Origin: Gammaproteobacteria bacterium
GTDB taxonomy: Bacteria; Pseudomonadota; Gammaproteobacteria; SZUA-140
Direction: 5' to 3'
DNA: 64,000 nucleotides
Assembly: GCA_046754065.1 (NCBI GenBank)
Contig: JBHHVB010000001.1
Span: 2,369 to 66,368 of the forward strand
The stretch's first letter is position 1. The number at the start of each line of letters is the position of its first letter. Both the position numbers and the translations under genes were made by a program. Under the pieces are notes generated by a model. The model worked only from the letters and a program-made list of their open reading frames with translations, was not told where the DNA came from and ran no database searches. Shown here piece by piece: positions 37,764 to 47,671 of the stretch.

Positions 37764-40091
37764 ATGAGTATCAATCTTGAAGACTATAAAATTGAATTTT
37801 CCAAGGTATCAGCTGAGGTATGGGATGCGCTTGAATCCGTATTTCCGGAGGCGGCCCGGGTGATGTCACCAACCGGATTACACAATTATATTGAAGGTGG
37901 CAAAGGCTTATGCAATCTGGGTCGTGGTCCTGTTTTGGTGATCTCTTATCTGGAAGAGATGCCGATGGTTGTGAAAGAATGTGGTGAAGACATCATCGCT
38001 GATTGCCTGACTGCGGCAATGAAGCTCTCGTCCATGACGTCCGGTGAGGTCATTGCGCTGTTATTCAGTAGTTTACCCACAGCTTCGCGTAGATTGGGTG
38101 ATGCCGAGTTGCTGCGTGGTTATCTGAATTTGATCCACCAACTCTCTGCGACAGCCGCGCGGGGTTTGCGGCCAATGCTAAATAATATTGACGAGCTGCT
38201 TTCCAAGCTTACGCTAAGTGGATTGAGACGCTGGGCTAATTTTGGTGCGCAGGCGTATAGAAGAGACTATAAGAATCTCACTGAGTATTTTAATCTTGAG
38301 TCTCAAGACAGTATCGCGGTATTGAAAAAAGAACGGCGCGGTACGTTGTTTGTCAATGTTCAGCGTAAGCTTAATTTTTATTTGCGTTCGCTATGGGGTA
38401 AAGATTTCTTCTTGCGACCCACGGGTGCAGATTATGACGATTTCAGGCCATACATAGAGAATCGCATTGTTCATATGCCCGATGCAGTGGATGTAATTGG
38501 TGACGTATCCGGTCTAGAAAATTATCGTGCCACGGCAGCCCATATGGCAGCACACCTTTATTATACACGGTCACGCATTTCAGCAGAGCAGTTAAGTCCA
38601 GCGCAGATGTTTTTTATCGCATTCGTCGAAGATGCGCGTGTCGAGTATAACGCGATCCAGGACTTCCCTGGACTAAAAAAATTATGGCGCTCGTTGATGA
38701 CTGTTGATCATGCCGGAGAGGTGGAACACCCCACCGTATTACTTTTAGAGCAGATCGCGCTGATGTTATTAGATGTATCTGTGCAATCTGAAGATAAGCA
38801 GATCAATGACATTGTCATCCATTTTCATAATCAGCTAGTTGAGAAGCCTGATGATAATCAGTTTGTCTGGCATATCGGAATGGATCTATTTAATCTTCTA
38901 TCCACACGTAAAGCGGTACCAAGTCTACGCATTTTACAGCGCGTTCGTATTCCCTATCGAGATGATAATCGGTTTGTTTGGGCATTCGAAGAGTTTGATT
39001 GGGCAAACGATGTCGAATATCTTTCAGCAAGCCAACGACAATTAAGAAAGACAGTCTCTGTGCTAGAGATGGTCCATGAGCTTGATTGTGAATTGGCCGG
39101 GGACGATGCACAGGAGATCTGGCGTTTAGAGACACCTTTTTATCTGGATCAGGAAGGTTGTACGATAAACGAACTCGAAGGTAAAGAGCCAGTTTCTGAT
39201 CCTTACTATTATCCTGAATGGGATTACCAGGTACAACTGCACCGACCGGATTGGACTACGGTGTACGAGCGTCGTCAGAGCCGGGAAGAACCAGATACTA
39301 TTGATGAGATCATTGCGGAATACAAACCGGTCGCTTACCGTATCAGACAGATCATCGACCTGCTTTCTCCATCAGGTGTGCAACGGATGCGTAACCTGGA
39401 GGATGGCGATGAGATTGACATTAATGCGGCTATTGATGCAATGATTGCACTTCGTATGGGTGATCAGCCCAATCCGAGATTTACAATGCGCAATGAACTG
39501 AACAATCGTGATCTTGCGGTTCTAGTGTTGCTCGATTTATCCGAATCGACAAACGAGACATTAAATAGTTCTGATAAAACGGTATTGGATTTAACGCGGG
39601 AGGCATCAGCTTTGGTCGCGATGGCGATTAATGGCATTGGTGACCCCTTTGCGCTTCATGGATTTGCATCGGACGGACGCCACGATGTGCAATATTATTT
39701 ATTTAAGCATTTTAACCAGAAATTTGATGACGAAGCCAAATCACGCCTAGCAGGCATGACCGGTGGGCTTTCGACGCGTATGGGAGCCGCGTTACGTCAT
39801 GCCGGCAGGCATCTGCTAAAACAGCCTGAGCGGAGAAAACTGTTATTGATCGTTACTGATGGAGAGCCCGCTGATATTGATGAGCGTGATCCTCAGTATC
39901 TTCGTCATGATACTAAAAAGGCCGTAGAAGAACTCTATACAAAAGGCATTTATTCATATTGTCTAACGCTTGATTCCAATGCAGATAATTATGTGGAGCG
40001 GGTTTTTGGTGTCAATAACTATACGATTGTTGATCATGTGAATCGATTGCCCGAAAAACTGCCGGTGCTGTTTGCTAAATTGACGAGTTGA
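37764..40091 (+). CDS. cbbO: RuBisCO activase adaptor CbbO (C-terminal von Willebrand factor A domain)
   Basis: About 775 aa with a C-terminal vWA MIDAS region (VLLLDLSESTNE); lies downstream of cbbQ. Confidence 0.85.
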   Translation: MSINLEDYKIEFSKVSAEVWDALESVFPEAARVMSPTGLHNYIEGGKGLCNLGRGPVLVISYLEEMPMVVKECGEDIIADCLTAAMKLSSMTSGEVIALLFSSLPTASRRLGDAELLRGYLNLIHQLSATAARGLRPMLNNIDELLSKLTLSGLRRWANFGAQAYRRDYKNLTEYFNLESQDSIAVLKKERRGTLFVNVQRKLNFYLRSLWGKDFFLRPTGADYDDFRPYIENRIVHMPDAVDVIGDVSGLENYRATAAHMAAHLYYTRSRISAEQLSPAQMFFIAFVEDARVEYNAIQDFPGLKKLWRSLMTVDHAGEVEHPTVLLLEQIALMLLDVSVQSEDKQINDIVIHFHNQLVEKPDDNQFVWHIGMDLFNLLSTRKAVPSLRILQRVRIPYRDDNRFVWAFEEFDWANDVEYLSASQRQLRKTVSVLEMVHELDCELAGDDAQEIWRLETPFYLDQEGCTINELEGKEPVSDPYYYPEWDYQVQLHRPDWTTVYERRQSREEPDTIDEIIAEYKPVAYRIRQIIDLLSPSGVQRMRNLEDGDEIDINAAIDAMIALRMGDQPNPRFTMRNELNNRDLAVLVLLDLSESTNETLNSSDKTVLDLTREASALVAMAINGIGDPFALHGFASDGRHDVQYYLFKHFNQKFDDEAKSRLAGMTGGLSTRMGAALRHAGRHLLKQPERRKLLLIVTDGEPADIDERDPQYLRHDTKKAVEELYTKGIYSYCLTLDSNADNYVERVFGVNNYTIVDHVNRLPEKLPVLFAKLTS

Positions 40092-40116
40092 TCCGCATAA
40101 CATGCGAGATTTAAAG

Positions 40117-40137
40117 GGCGTTATCAGCGATAACGCC
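40117..40137 (+). terminator. Hairpin ggcgttatc-agc-gataacgcc after cbbO (weak terminator/processing site)
   Basis: Perfect 9-bp stem followed by a weak T-tract (TATTGT). Confidence 0.35.
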
Positions 40138-40144
40138 TATTGTC

Positions 40145-40591
40145 ATGACTGAGGAAGGCGAGATGTATACACGACACAATGAAGTGCCCGTGTTTGAGAC
40201 TTTTGCAGGCCAACTGGATGCGAATCACTACAACCACGTGCACGTTGCGCTGAATAGACTCGGTGAAAGCCTGCGTATAAAAATCCCTGGATTAAAAACG
40301 CTGGAATTAATTTTACTGCGGGATGCCTGGATCGTTGTCGATCGAGCGTTTAACGATATACCGGTTGTTGCATGGACGGATTTTGAAGCGGATCATCGGT
40401 CGTCATTGCATGAGCCGATTAACTGTGCGATCAAGGTTTTTCATGCTAACGCAGGCATGATTTTACGGCAGGCTATTGAAAAGATGGATGTGATATTGAC
40501 TGAAAAACTGGTTGAGGGTGTCAAAGAAGAAGGATCTGTTGTGATTCCTTTTAACCCGATTATTTTATCAAGGATCCCGGATGATACCTAA
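40145..40591 (+). CDS. Hypothetical protein (148 aa) immediately downstream of cbbO
   Basis: Intact ORF co-oriented with the cbb operon; possible start MYTRHNEVPVFE at 40163; no recognised family. Confidence 0.4.
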   Translation: MTEEGEMYTRHNEVPVFETFAGQLDANHYNHVHVALNRLGESLRIKIPGLKTLELILLRDAWIVVDRAFNDIPVVAWTDFEADHRSSLHEPINCAIKVFHANAGMILRQAIEKMDVILTEKLVEGVKEEGSVVIPFNPIILSRIPDDT

Positions 40592-40991
40592 CGCCAGACA
40601 ATTTAGACGCCGCCTTGAAGCAAAACCCATAGACAATTCTATGGGTTGCGTGACCAATTGGTATGGAACGAATTTGAATATCATGGATGATATCCATGAT
40701 GGCCTCGTAGCGGTGAGGCGCATGGAGGCGCCGAATAAAAGCCGGTATTAATTGTCTGGCGTTAGGCACGACTGCATGGATGCAGCAGTTAGCGTAAAGT
40801 CTGTAACATTGACCGAGGGCCGGGACAGGCATCATCTCCGGGTACCGTTTGTACTGTTGGGTCAATACGTTTTTTCTCAAATGAGTCATCAACTTATCTT
40901 TTCATTTCGCCGACTTGGTGAAATATTCGGGTTAAGCAACAGGAATAGTTTATATCTCGGGATGTAGTTGAAATAAATTGTCAGGAGGTTA

Positions 40992-42686
40992 GTGGTGCCG
41001 GTATTACCCAGTGGACAGTTTGTGAGTATTAGCAGTGAACGTGCGCGTTATCATGCGACACGGCAAAAAATAAGGATTACCAAAGAATCACCGCATCAAG
41101 ATTTATATCATTTAGTTGATGTTGTGTATCTCGATAAAGATTACGGTTTCCATCGTTATCAGAATAATTATCGATTTGCCGGATACACAGTTTCAGACAG
41201 ACAGCGATTAAACAAATGGCACGGAGAAGATAGGAAGTATTTCCTGGACTGGATCAAACAGCGTGATGCTGTTGTTGAGATCGAAGCAGCGCGTAAAAAG
41301 ATTATCTACGATAACCTGCCAGACGAAATCATGACTTTTGTATATCCGCAGTATCTTTACAGTATCTTGCAAAGATGCATTGCGCGAATGAGCTTGGCTC
41401 GCGCAAGTGTTTCGCAATGGCGTAACACGATTCTCAACATGCGGCAATGTGGTGTGCGCAAAGATGAATTAGATTGGTCAGGTGTATTAACCTTTCTTGA
41501 TCGAGCGGAAAAGAATGGTGCAGATTCTGTTTCGCGTGAAGAATTGTTAGAGCAGGTAGATTTCAGCAATATTCGATTGGTATTAACGAATGAGCTGGTG
41601 AGGGTGGAGCCTAACGAATTGGTATTTAATGAGGCAGCGGAAATATTATTATCCCACCGCTATGAAAGGGCGGGACTCACTATGGAAAATGATAGATATA
41701 TTGTACTGCGTTATGTAGATCCGTTATTCAATTACCGAATTGGATATATAAAACCCCAAAGCGTTTCTGAAATATCACAATCGCATTTATCCTCTGGTTG
41801 GTTAGTCTTCGATCCTGATGGTCAGGTATTGCTTGATCAACGACAAGGGTCAGTTATGAGCTATTACCCGGATGCAGTATCAGCAAAGCAGGCAGCATCA
41901 GAAGATGCGCGTAGAAGGTTTGGTCTGAAGAGTGTGCTCAAGCCTAGCGATAAATACGAATATTTAAGTTTACATGGTGGTGATGATTACCGGGAATGGT
42001 TATTGACGATGCCGGATTACCAGAAATCACATTTCACTTCTCATTTTACTGAACGCAATATGTTGTTTCATATTCGTACAAAGACTCGTTATGATTTAGG
42101 TGGTAAAAAGCTACTTTATATTGAAGAACTACAGAGCGACTGGCATCAACAGCATATCCATAAAGGGCACATACCACGCTTGAGTGAAAAAACGCCTGAT
42201 GCGCCTTTTAGCAAGGAATGGCCATTGTTAGCAGTTAAGTTGATGCTGATTCATGCTATTGAAAAAGACTACGATGGTATTGCCTGGTCTCCAGGCCACA
42301 CTCAACAGATGCATTTTCAATCAGAGGTTGATTGGTTGTTGCAACTATATGACCAAATAATCCCTAAATGTTTGAAGCAACTATCCAATGAATGGGATGG
42401 CGTTATCGGCCAAACATCGATTAAAACCAAAGAACCCTGGGTGACACCAAAGAGGTCGGGTGACTACTGGTATGTCGCGGATGCTGTTGGGCATTTTAAA
42501 ACGGGTGCTCGGTTATCGAAAATCGAAGCGCTTCAGATCTGCGAGCGCTACTGCAAGTCGATTGATCTATCAGTACCTGTTTTCTATCTACCAGCTGCAA
42601 TGCGTGGGAAGATTCAACAGGATGGGCTGCCAATGTTTGGATCAAGGACTGTCGACAACGTGGTGGAGCCACCTTGTGGTGAATAA
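40992..42686 (+). CDS. Hypothetical protein (564 aa) at distal end of cbb cluster
   Basis: Long intact ORF with an unrecognised family; co-oriented with cbbLSQO and orf148, convergent with pdxA. Confidence 0.45.
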   Translation: MVPVLPSGQFVSISSERARYHATRQKIRITKESPHQDLYHLVDVVYLDKDYGFHRYQNNYRFAGYTVSDRQRLNKWHGEDRKYFLDWIKQRDAVVEIEAARKKIIYDNLPDEIMTFVYPQYLYSILQRCIARMSLARASVSQWRNTILNMRQCGVRKDELDWSGVLTFLDRAEKNGADSVSREELLEQVDFSNIRLVLTNELVRVEPNELVFNEAAEILLSHRYERAGLTMENDRYIVLRYVDPLFNYRIGYIKPQSVSEISQSHLSSGWLVFDPDGQVLLDQRQGSVMSYYPDAVSAKQAASEDARRRFGLKSVLKPSDKYEYLSLHGGDDYREWLLTMPDYQKSHFTSHFTERNMLFHIRTKTRYDLGGKKLLYIEELQSDWHQQHIHKGHIPRLSEKTPDAPFSKEWPLLAVKLMLIHAIEKDYDGIAWSPGHTQQMHFQSEVDWLLQLYDQIIPKCLKQLSNEWDGVIGQTSIKTKEPWVTPKRSGDYWYVADAVGHFKTGARLSKIEALQICERYCKSIDLSVPVFYLPAAMRGKIQQDGLPMFGSRTVDNVVEPPCGE

Positions 42687-42769
42687 GACTTTGACACCTG
42701 TGACGTTGATACAAGAAAATAGTGCCTCTCCACTCGTCTGGATGAAAAGAGTTAGTCAATGGTCTGGGT

Positions 42770-43753
42770 TTATCCAGTCTTGTTGCACATCTTAATCGCA
42801 GTTCTGATGGCATAATTCAGGCTGCGTGGATCTGCATTACCGGTGCCTGATAAATCCAGTGCGGTACCATGGTCTACTGAAGTGCGGATAAAGGGTAACC
42901 CTAGCGTGATATTTGCGATCAATCCAAATCCGGCATGTTTGATCACAGGCAAACCCTGGTCATGATACATGGCGAGTACAACGTCGCACTCGTTGAGGTA
43001 TTTCGGGATGAATGCGGTGTCTGCGGGTAAGGGACCGCTTAAGTTTAATCCCTCCGTATTCAGTTTTTGAATGACCGGTTCAATAATATCCCGATCTTCA
43101 TGCCCAAGGTGGCCATCTTCACCCGCATGAGGGTTCAATCCACATATATTTATTTTGGGATTTTTCAGGCCATAATACTTTTGAATATCCTGGTCAATGA
43201 TCCTGATGATCTTTGCAAGCAATTTTGCCGAAATGGTTGAGCAGACCCTATTAAGTGGCATATGTGTGGTGGCGAGCGCAACTCGCAATCGTTCTGTTGC
43301 CAGCATCATTACCACCTGTTCAGTATTGGTTTGTTCAGCAAGAAACTCGGTATGACCAGTAAACGTTATGCCGCAGTCATTAATGATTCCCTTGTGAACC
43401 GGGCCGGTAACCAATGCAGAAAAGGGCTGATTTGAACACAGGTTGGTCGCAGTGGTCAGGGTTTTTAAAACATATCGTGCATTTTTATATATTAGTCGGC
43501 CACTGATTACTGATTCTATTGTTGGGATCGGGATAATACGTAAGATGCCCGGTTTGTGGCGGGACCTCGGACTGTTTTCGGAAATGGTTTCAATGGTCAG
43601 CTCCAGACCCAACTGTTGAGAACGTTGCCGAAGAAGATCAGGGTCTGCGATAGCAACAATATCCGCATCATAACTGTTTTTGGCGATCATCGCAGAAATA
43701 TCTGGCCCGATACCAGCCGGCTCCCCCGGCGTTAAATAGATGCGAGGAATCAA
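42770..43753 (-). CDS. pdxA: 4-hydroxythreonine-4-phosphate dehydrogenase PdxA
   Basis: PdxA family motifs (GHTEFLA, GLNPHAGE, VDHGTA). Confidence 0.9.
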   Translation of the reverse strand: MIPRIYLTPGEPAGIGPDISAMIAKNSYDADIVAIADPDLLRQRSQQLGLELTIETISENSPRSRHKPGILRIIPIPTIESVISGRLIYKNARYVLKTLTTATNLCSNQPFSALVTGPVHKGIINDCGITFTGHTEFLAEQTNTEQVVMMLATERLRVALATTHMPLNRVCSTISAKLLAKIIRIIDQDIQKYYGLKNPKINICGLNPHAGEDGHLGHEDRDIIEPVIQKLNTEGLNLSGPLPADTAFIPKYLNECDVVLAMYHDQGLPVIKHAGFGLIANITLGLPFIRTSVDHGTALDLSGTGNADPRSLNYAIRTAIKMCNKTG

Positions 43754-43795
43754 GATCAGTCCAGCTTGGATAACTGCTCAAAGGTAGAGTTTTGC

Positions 43796-45220
43796 CTAAA
43801 TGCGTTCTTCAACATAGGCTTCATCACGCAGGCGGCGCAGCCATTTACCATACTCTTCCTCAACCTTGCGTTGGTAAATGTCTTCCCTTGCTTTTGATCT
43901 CGTATACTGTTCTGTGTCATCATGTTTACGTCGGTCCAGAACTTGAACAATATGCCAGCCGAAGCGTGTCTTGAACGGCTGACTGATTTCCTGTGATGCC
44001 AGCATGTCTACCATTTTTTCAAACTCCGGAACCATTTGACCGGGGTTAATCCAGCCCAGATCACCACCGTTTATTCCGCTTGCGGTGTCCTCTGAAAATT
44101 CCCTGGCTGCGTCAGTAAATGGTTTGCCGTCAACAATCTGTGCTCGGATTTTTTTCAGTTTTCCCCGGGCATTCTTGTCTGAAACGAGTTCGTTTGTCTT
44201 GATTAAAATATGTCGAGCAAGTGTCTGTTTGGTGAAGTGACGTTCAGAGTTTCTTTGGTCTAAAAGCTTCAGAATGTGAAATCCGCTGGAATCACGCATG
44301 AGGTTGGTCATCTCACCTTTTTTTAATTCACTAATCTGGCTAATAAAAAATGCAGGAAGCATGCTCGCTTTTCGCCACCCCAGGTCCCCGCCCGACAATG
44401 CCTGACTACCATCAGAAACTTCGACCGCCATTTGGGCAAAGTCTTTGCCTTCCTTGATTTTTTCCAGTGTTTGCTGTGCCTTGTTTTTCGCTGCTGCGAT
44501 TTGATCAGGTGTGGCGGCTTCAGGTAGTGCAATGAGAATATGGGCCAGATGAAATTCAATGTCAGTTCTGCCCTGTGCGCGTTGATTAACCAGATGGTTG
44601 TCCACTTCCCGTTCCGTTACCGAGATCAGGCTCTCGACCTGACGTTGACGCAATTGCCTGATTGTGATTTCAGTACGTATGTCCTCCCGAAATGCATTAA
44701 AATCATAACCATCTTTTTGCAAGATATCCTTAAATTCATTTAGCGTCAGTTTGTTCTTGTTTGCAATTTGGGTAATCGTCTTATTAAGCATATCATCATT
44801 AATCTGAATGCCGATTCTTGTAGCCCTCTGGAGCTGTATCTTGGTTTCAACCAGTCGTTGCAGGACCTGTTTTTTAATGACATCGGCCGGAGGCATGGGT
44901 ATGTTTTGCTCACGAAGCTGTTTTGTGATCAGCCTGATCTGGTTTGCCAGCTCGCTACTTGTGATAACGTCGTCGTTAACTACCGCGATGATGCGTTCAA
45001 TTTCTGTACGATTTCCAGACTCGTCTCCAATATCGGTCGGTGTCGTATTAGTATCCGGGCTGGCTGGTTCAGACAGGGATTCAGATCCTGTTCGCGTTTC
45101 AATTGCCCTGGTACTGGACATTGCATGGGTACTGACTATTGATATAACCATAGCGCATCCAATAGTGGTGATTCTTTTAAATGATATTATTGAGGTGAGT
45201 TTGTAATTGTTATTCAGCAT
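43796..45220 (-). CDS. surA: Periplasmic chaperone / peptidyl-prolyl isomerase SurA
   Basis: Signal peptide, SurA N-domain and two parvulin domains. Likely start MLNNNYKL... 5 nt after the lptD stop. An unusual acidic S/T/P-rich ~35-aa segment follows the signal peptide. Confidence 0.85.
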   Translation of the reverse strand: MLNNNYKLTSIISFKRITTIGCAMVISIVSTHAMSSTRAIETRTGSESLSEPASPDTNTTPTDIGDESGNRTEIERIIAVVNDDVITSSELANQIRLITKQLREQNIPMPPADVIKKQVLQRLVETKIQLQRATRIGIQINDDMLNKTITQIANKNKLTLNEFKDILQKDGYDFNAFREDIRTEITIRQLRQRQVESLISVTEREVDNHLVNQRAQGRTDIEFHLAHILIALPEAATPDQIAAAKNKAQQTLEKIKEGKDFAQMAVEVSDGSQALSGGDLGWRKASMLPAFFISQISELKKGEMTNLMRDSSGFHILKLLDQRNSERHFTKQTLARHILIKTNELVSDKNARGKLKKIRAQIVDGKPFTDAAREFSEDTASGINGGDLGWINPGQMVPEFEKMVDMLASQEISQPFKTRFGWHIVQVLDRRKHDDTEQYTRSKAREDIYQRKVEEEYGKWLRRLRDEAYVEERI

Positions 45221-47420
45221 AGCCGAGTATTCCGGTTTCCAGTATTTCATCGATTGATCTGCCAAAACTGGTGAGACCCTTTAATTCAAGTTGAACAAAA
45301 AATGTGTTATTAGACTCTTCTGCTGTATCAGTTACAAACCTTCTCATAGCCATCTGCAACTTCCAGCAACAGGTTTGATACTCAAAACCTGATAAGGTTT
45401 CCAGGTCTTTCCGTTCCGGTAGCGATCTGTTCCACCTGCCAACAAAGCGCCAGTTCCGTCCAATCGGCCATAATACCGACATATCGGTCTGTTCCAAAGC
45501 AGTATTTTGATACCTGTATGCAAGATTGAGAACACGTCGGGCCGAGGGGTGATACTGGAAACGGAGGGTGCCCTTATCGATTTCTTCGATATCATTGTCC
45601 CAACGAAGATCGAGATCGGTGCTGAGTGAATCGGTTAAATTTGCATGAAACAGCGCAATAATATCTGATTCACGACCAACTTCCTCGCCTGCGCCGCTGA
45701 GCATTACTTTTCTGTTCTGAAAGTAAAAGCGCTGGCCGATACTGGCAAGGCCCCGCTCTCTGCCCGATTCGGCATGATATAGGCGCGAAGTAATGGATAC
45801 AGATAAATGATTCGTATCGCCCAGTCGATCAGACCCGCTAAATCGGTTAGCGACAAACAATTGGGTAAAATTAAAGTCGGGTTGACCTGAATCAAAGAGG
45901 GGGATATCTGACTGGTCCTCGTAGGGAATATAAACATATTGTAGTCTTGGTTCCAGCGTTTGCAGATATTTTCCAGTCCCGATATTTGTATCGCGCTCAA
46001 GGAAAATACCGCTATCGACACTGAAAATCGGGATGGTATTATCCATAAAACTATTATCACCCGGGCTCTGGTTTCTCAATTCGTAACCGTTATATCTCAG
46101 GTCCAGACGTGGGGTAAAATACATGGCAATATTGCTCATTGGATAGCTGATTCCTGGCTGCAATTTAATGCGGATACCAGACAGCTGGTCCTTGCGTTCA
46201 AAGTTTACCAATTCACCCTTGAAAATCGTGTTGATCGTGTTGGTATTGTTGCCTTCAAGATTATCAAAATAAATCTGGGGCAGGCGCTGATAGGGTCTCG
46301 ATGCATTGGGAATTGATTCATCAACTGTTTGATAGCCCTGCAGGTTGGCGCCTAATTGCCAACTTTCTCCAACGTATGTTAGGTCAGCTCGTTGTTCCAG
46401 GTGGGTGACGCTGGTAATACTCAGGCTATTTCCAAGTTCTTCAAGATAGTCGGTGTCTGATACATAATTCAGGTTAATATCGGTGTGGATATTTTTCGAT
46501 AAGCTACCACTATGCCGGTAGTAAAGTGCGCTTCGATCTTCGCCAAATAATTCATCGTTTGATATATGCTCAATATTTATCTTGCCATGGTTCATTGGTC
46601 TTAGGTAGCGCAGCTCACTTTTCAATAACGTACCGCGTTCTGAGATAAATTGTGGTGTCAGTGTAGCATCCAGGTCAGGTGCGATATTCAAATAGTAAGG
46701 GATGGCGACTTGCTCGCCAGATGTGCTTGAACTTTCAAAGCTGGGCATCAGAAATCCGGATTTACGTTTATCGCTAATCGGGAAAGAAATATACGGAAGA
46801 TAAAAAAACGGGACTTCCTTAAAAGATACGCGAACATGTTTAGCGCTACCAATACCATTTTTGTGATCCAGTGTTAACTGGCTGGATCGAAGAAACCAGC
46901 TACTGTCTCCGACATCGCAGGTTGTGTAGCTGGCCTGTTCAAGAATGGTTAAATCCGGGCCATTGAAAAAAGCGGTTTGAGCATAACCTCTCGCATGCCG
47001 GTCGTGAATGGTATATTCCGGTTGGTTCAGGTGTCCTCTGTTCGTTCCTAGCTGGATGCTGGCGCTCTCCCCATTGACCTGCATGCCCTTTGTCTGGAAT
47101 TCTACATTCCCTGTTGCATCAGCTTTATCTGTTGATTTTTTATAGACGGCCTTGTCTGCCCCAATGAGCTGGTTATTGCGCATAATCTGGATGTTGCCTT
47201 CCAGGGTGTAGATTTCTGATGCTGAAGCGCTGCCGATGTCGGCTTTCAATACCGTTTGTTCGTCCGGATTTAAAATGTCTTCGCCGAAACGGCTTTGGTA
47301 ATGATCGCACAATCCCCATTCCTGGCTCGAACCGGGTGCGGACAGCGCCGACACAGGCACCAGGATCAATAGGCAAGTCGTGATGACAAGTATTCTTGTA
47401 AGTTGAAAAATTGGCTTCAC
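45210..47420 (-). CDS. lptD: LPS-assembly outer-membrane protein LptD
   Basis: 736 aa with signal peptide, an N-terminal OstA-like domain and a C-terminal beta-barrel; the lptD-surA-pdxA order is conserved. Confidence 0.9.
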   Translation of the reverse strand: MKPIFQLTRILVITTCLLILVPVSALSAPGSSQEWGLCDHYQSRFGEDILNPDEQTVLKADIGSASASEIYTLEGNIQIMRNNQLIGADKAVYKKSTDKADATGNVEFQTKGMQVNGESASIQLGTNRGHLNQPEYTIHDRHARGYAQTAFFNGPDLTILEQASYTTCDVGDSSWFLRSSQLTLDHKNGIGSAKHVRVSFKEVPFFYLPYISFPISDKRKSGFLMPSFESSSTSGEQVAIPYYLNIAPDLDATLTPQFISERGTLLKSELRYLRPMNHGKINIEHISNDELFGEDRSALYYRHSGSLSKNIHTDINLNYVSDTDYLEELGNSLSITSVTHLEQRADLTYVGESWQLGANLQGYQTVDESIPNASRPYQRLPQIYFDNLEGNNTNTINTIFKGELVNFERKDQLSGIRIKLQPGISYPMSNIAMYFTPRLDLRYNGYELRNQSPGDNSFMDNTIPIFSVDSGIFLERDTNIGTGKYLQTLEPRLQYVYIPYEDQSDIPLFDSGQPDFNFTQLFVANRFSGSDRLGDTNHLSVSITSRLYHAESGRERGLASIGQRFYFQNRKVMLSGAGEEVGRESDIIALFHANLTDSLSTDLDLRWDNDIEEIDKGTLRFQYHPSARRVLNLAYRYQNTALEQTDMSVLWPIGRNWRFVGRWNRSLPERKDLETLSGFEYQTCCWKLQMAMRRFVTDTAEESNNTFFVQLELKGLTSFGRSIDEILETGILGYAE

Positions 47421-47671
47421 AGAGGGAGTCTGTTAATTTTCTATCAATATTATCAATATGGAAATTTCCTGTTCCATCTTTGGTATCTGTATGGAATGCT
47501 ATACAACCATAAAGGCTGTTGAATACGCATTTAGGGTGTTAATAACTTGTTGTCTGGCCGACATTTTGCGGTTTTGCAGTTATCCTGTCAAACGGCGGGT
47601 TTCGGATAATTAACAAAATTGACACCTGGTTTCATAAGCGGGTAACGCAATGAGGACGAAGATTTACAGTA

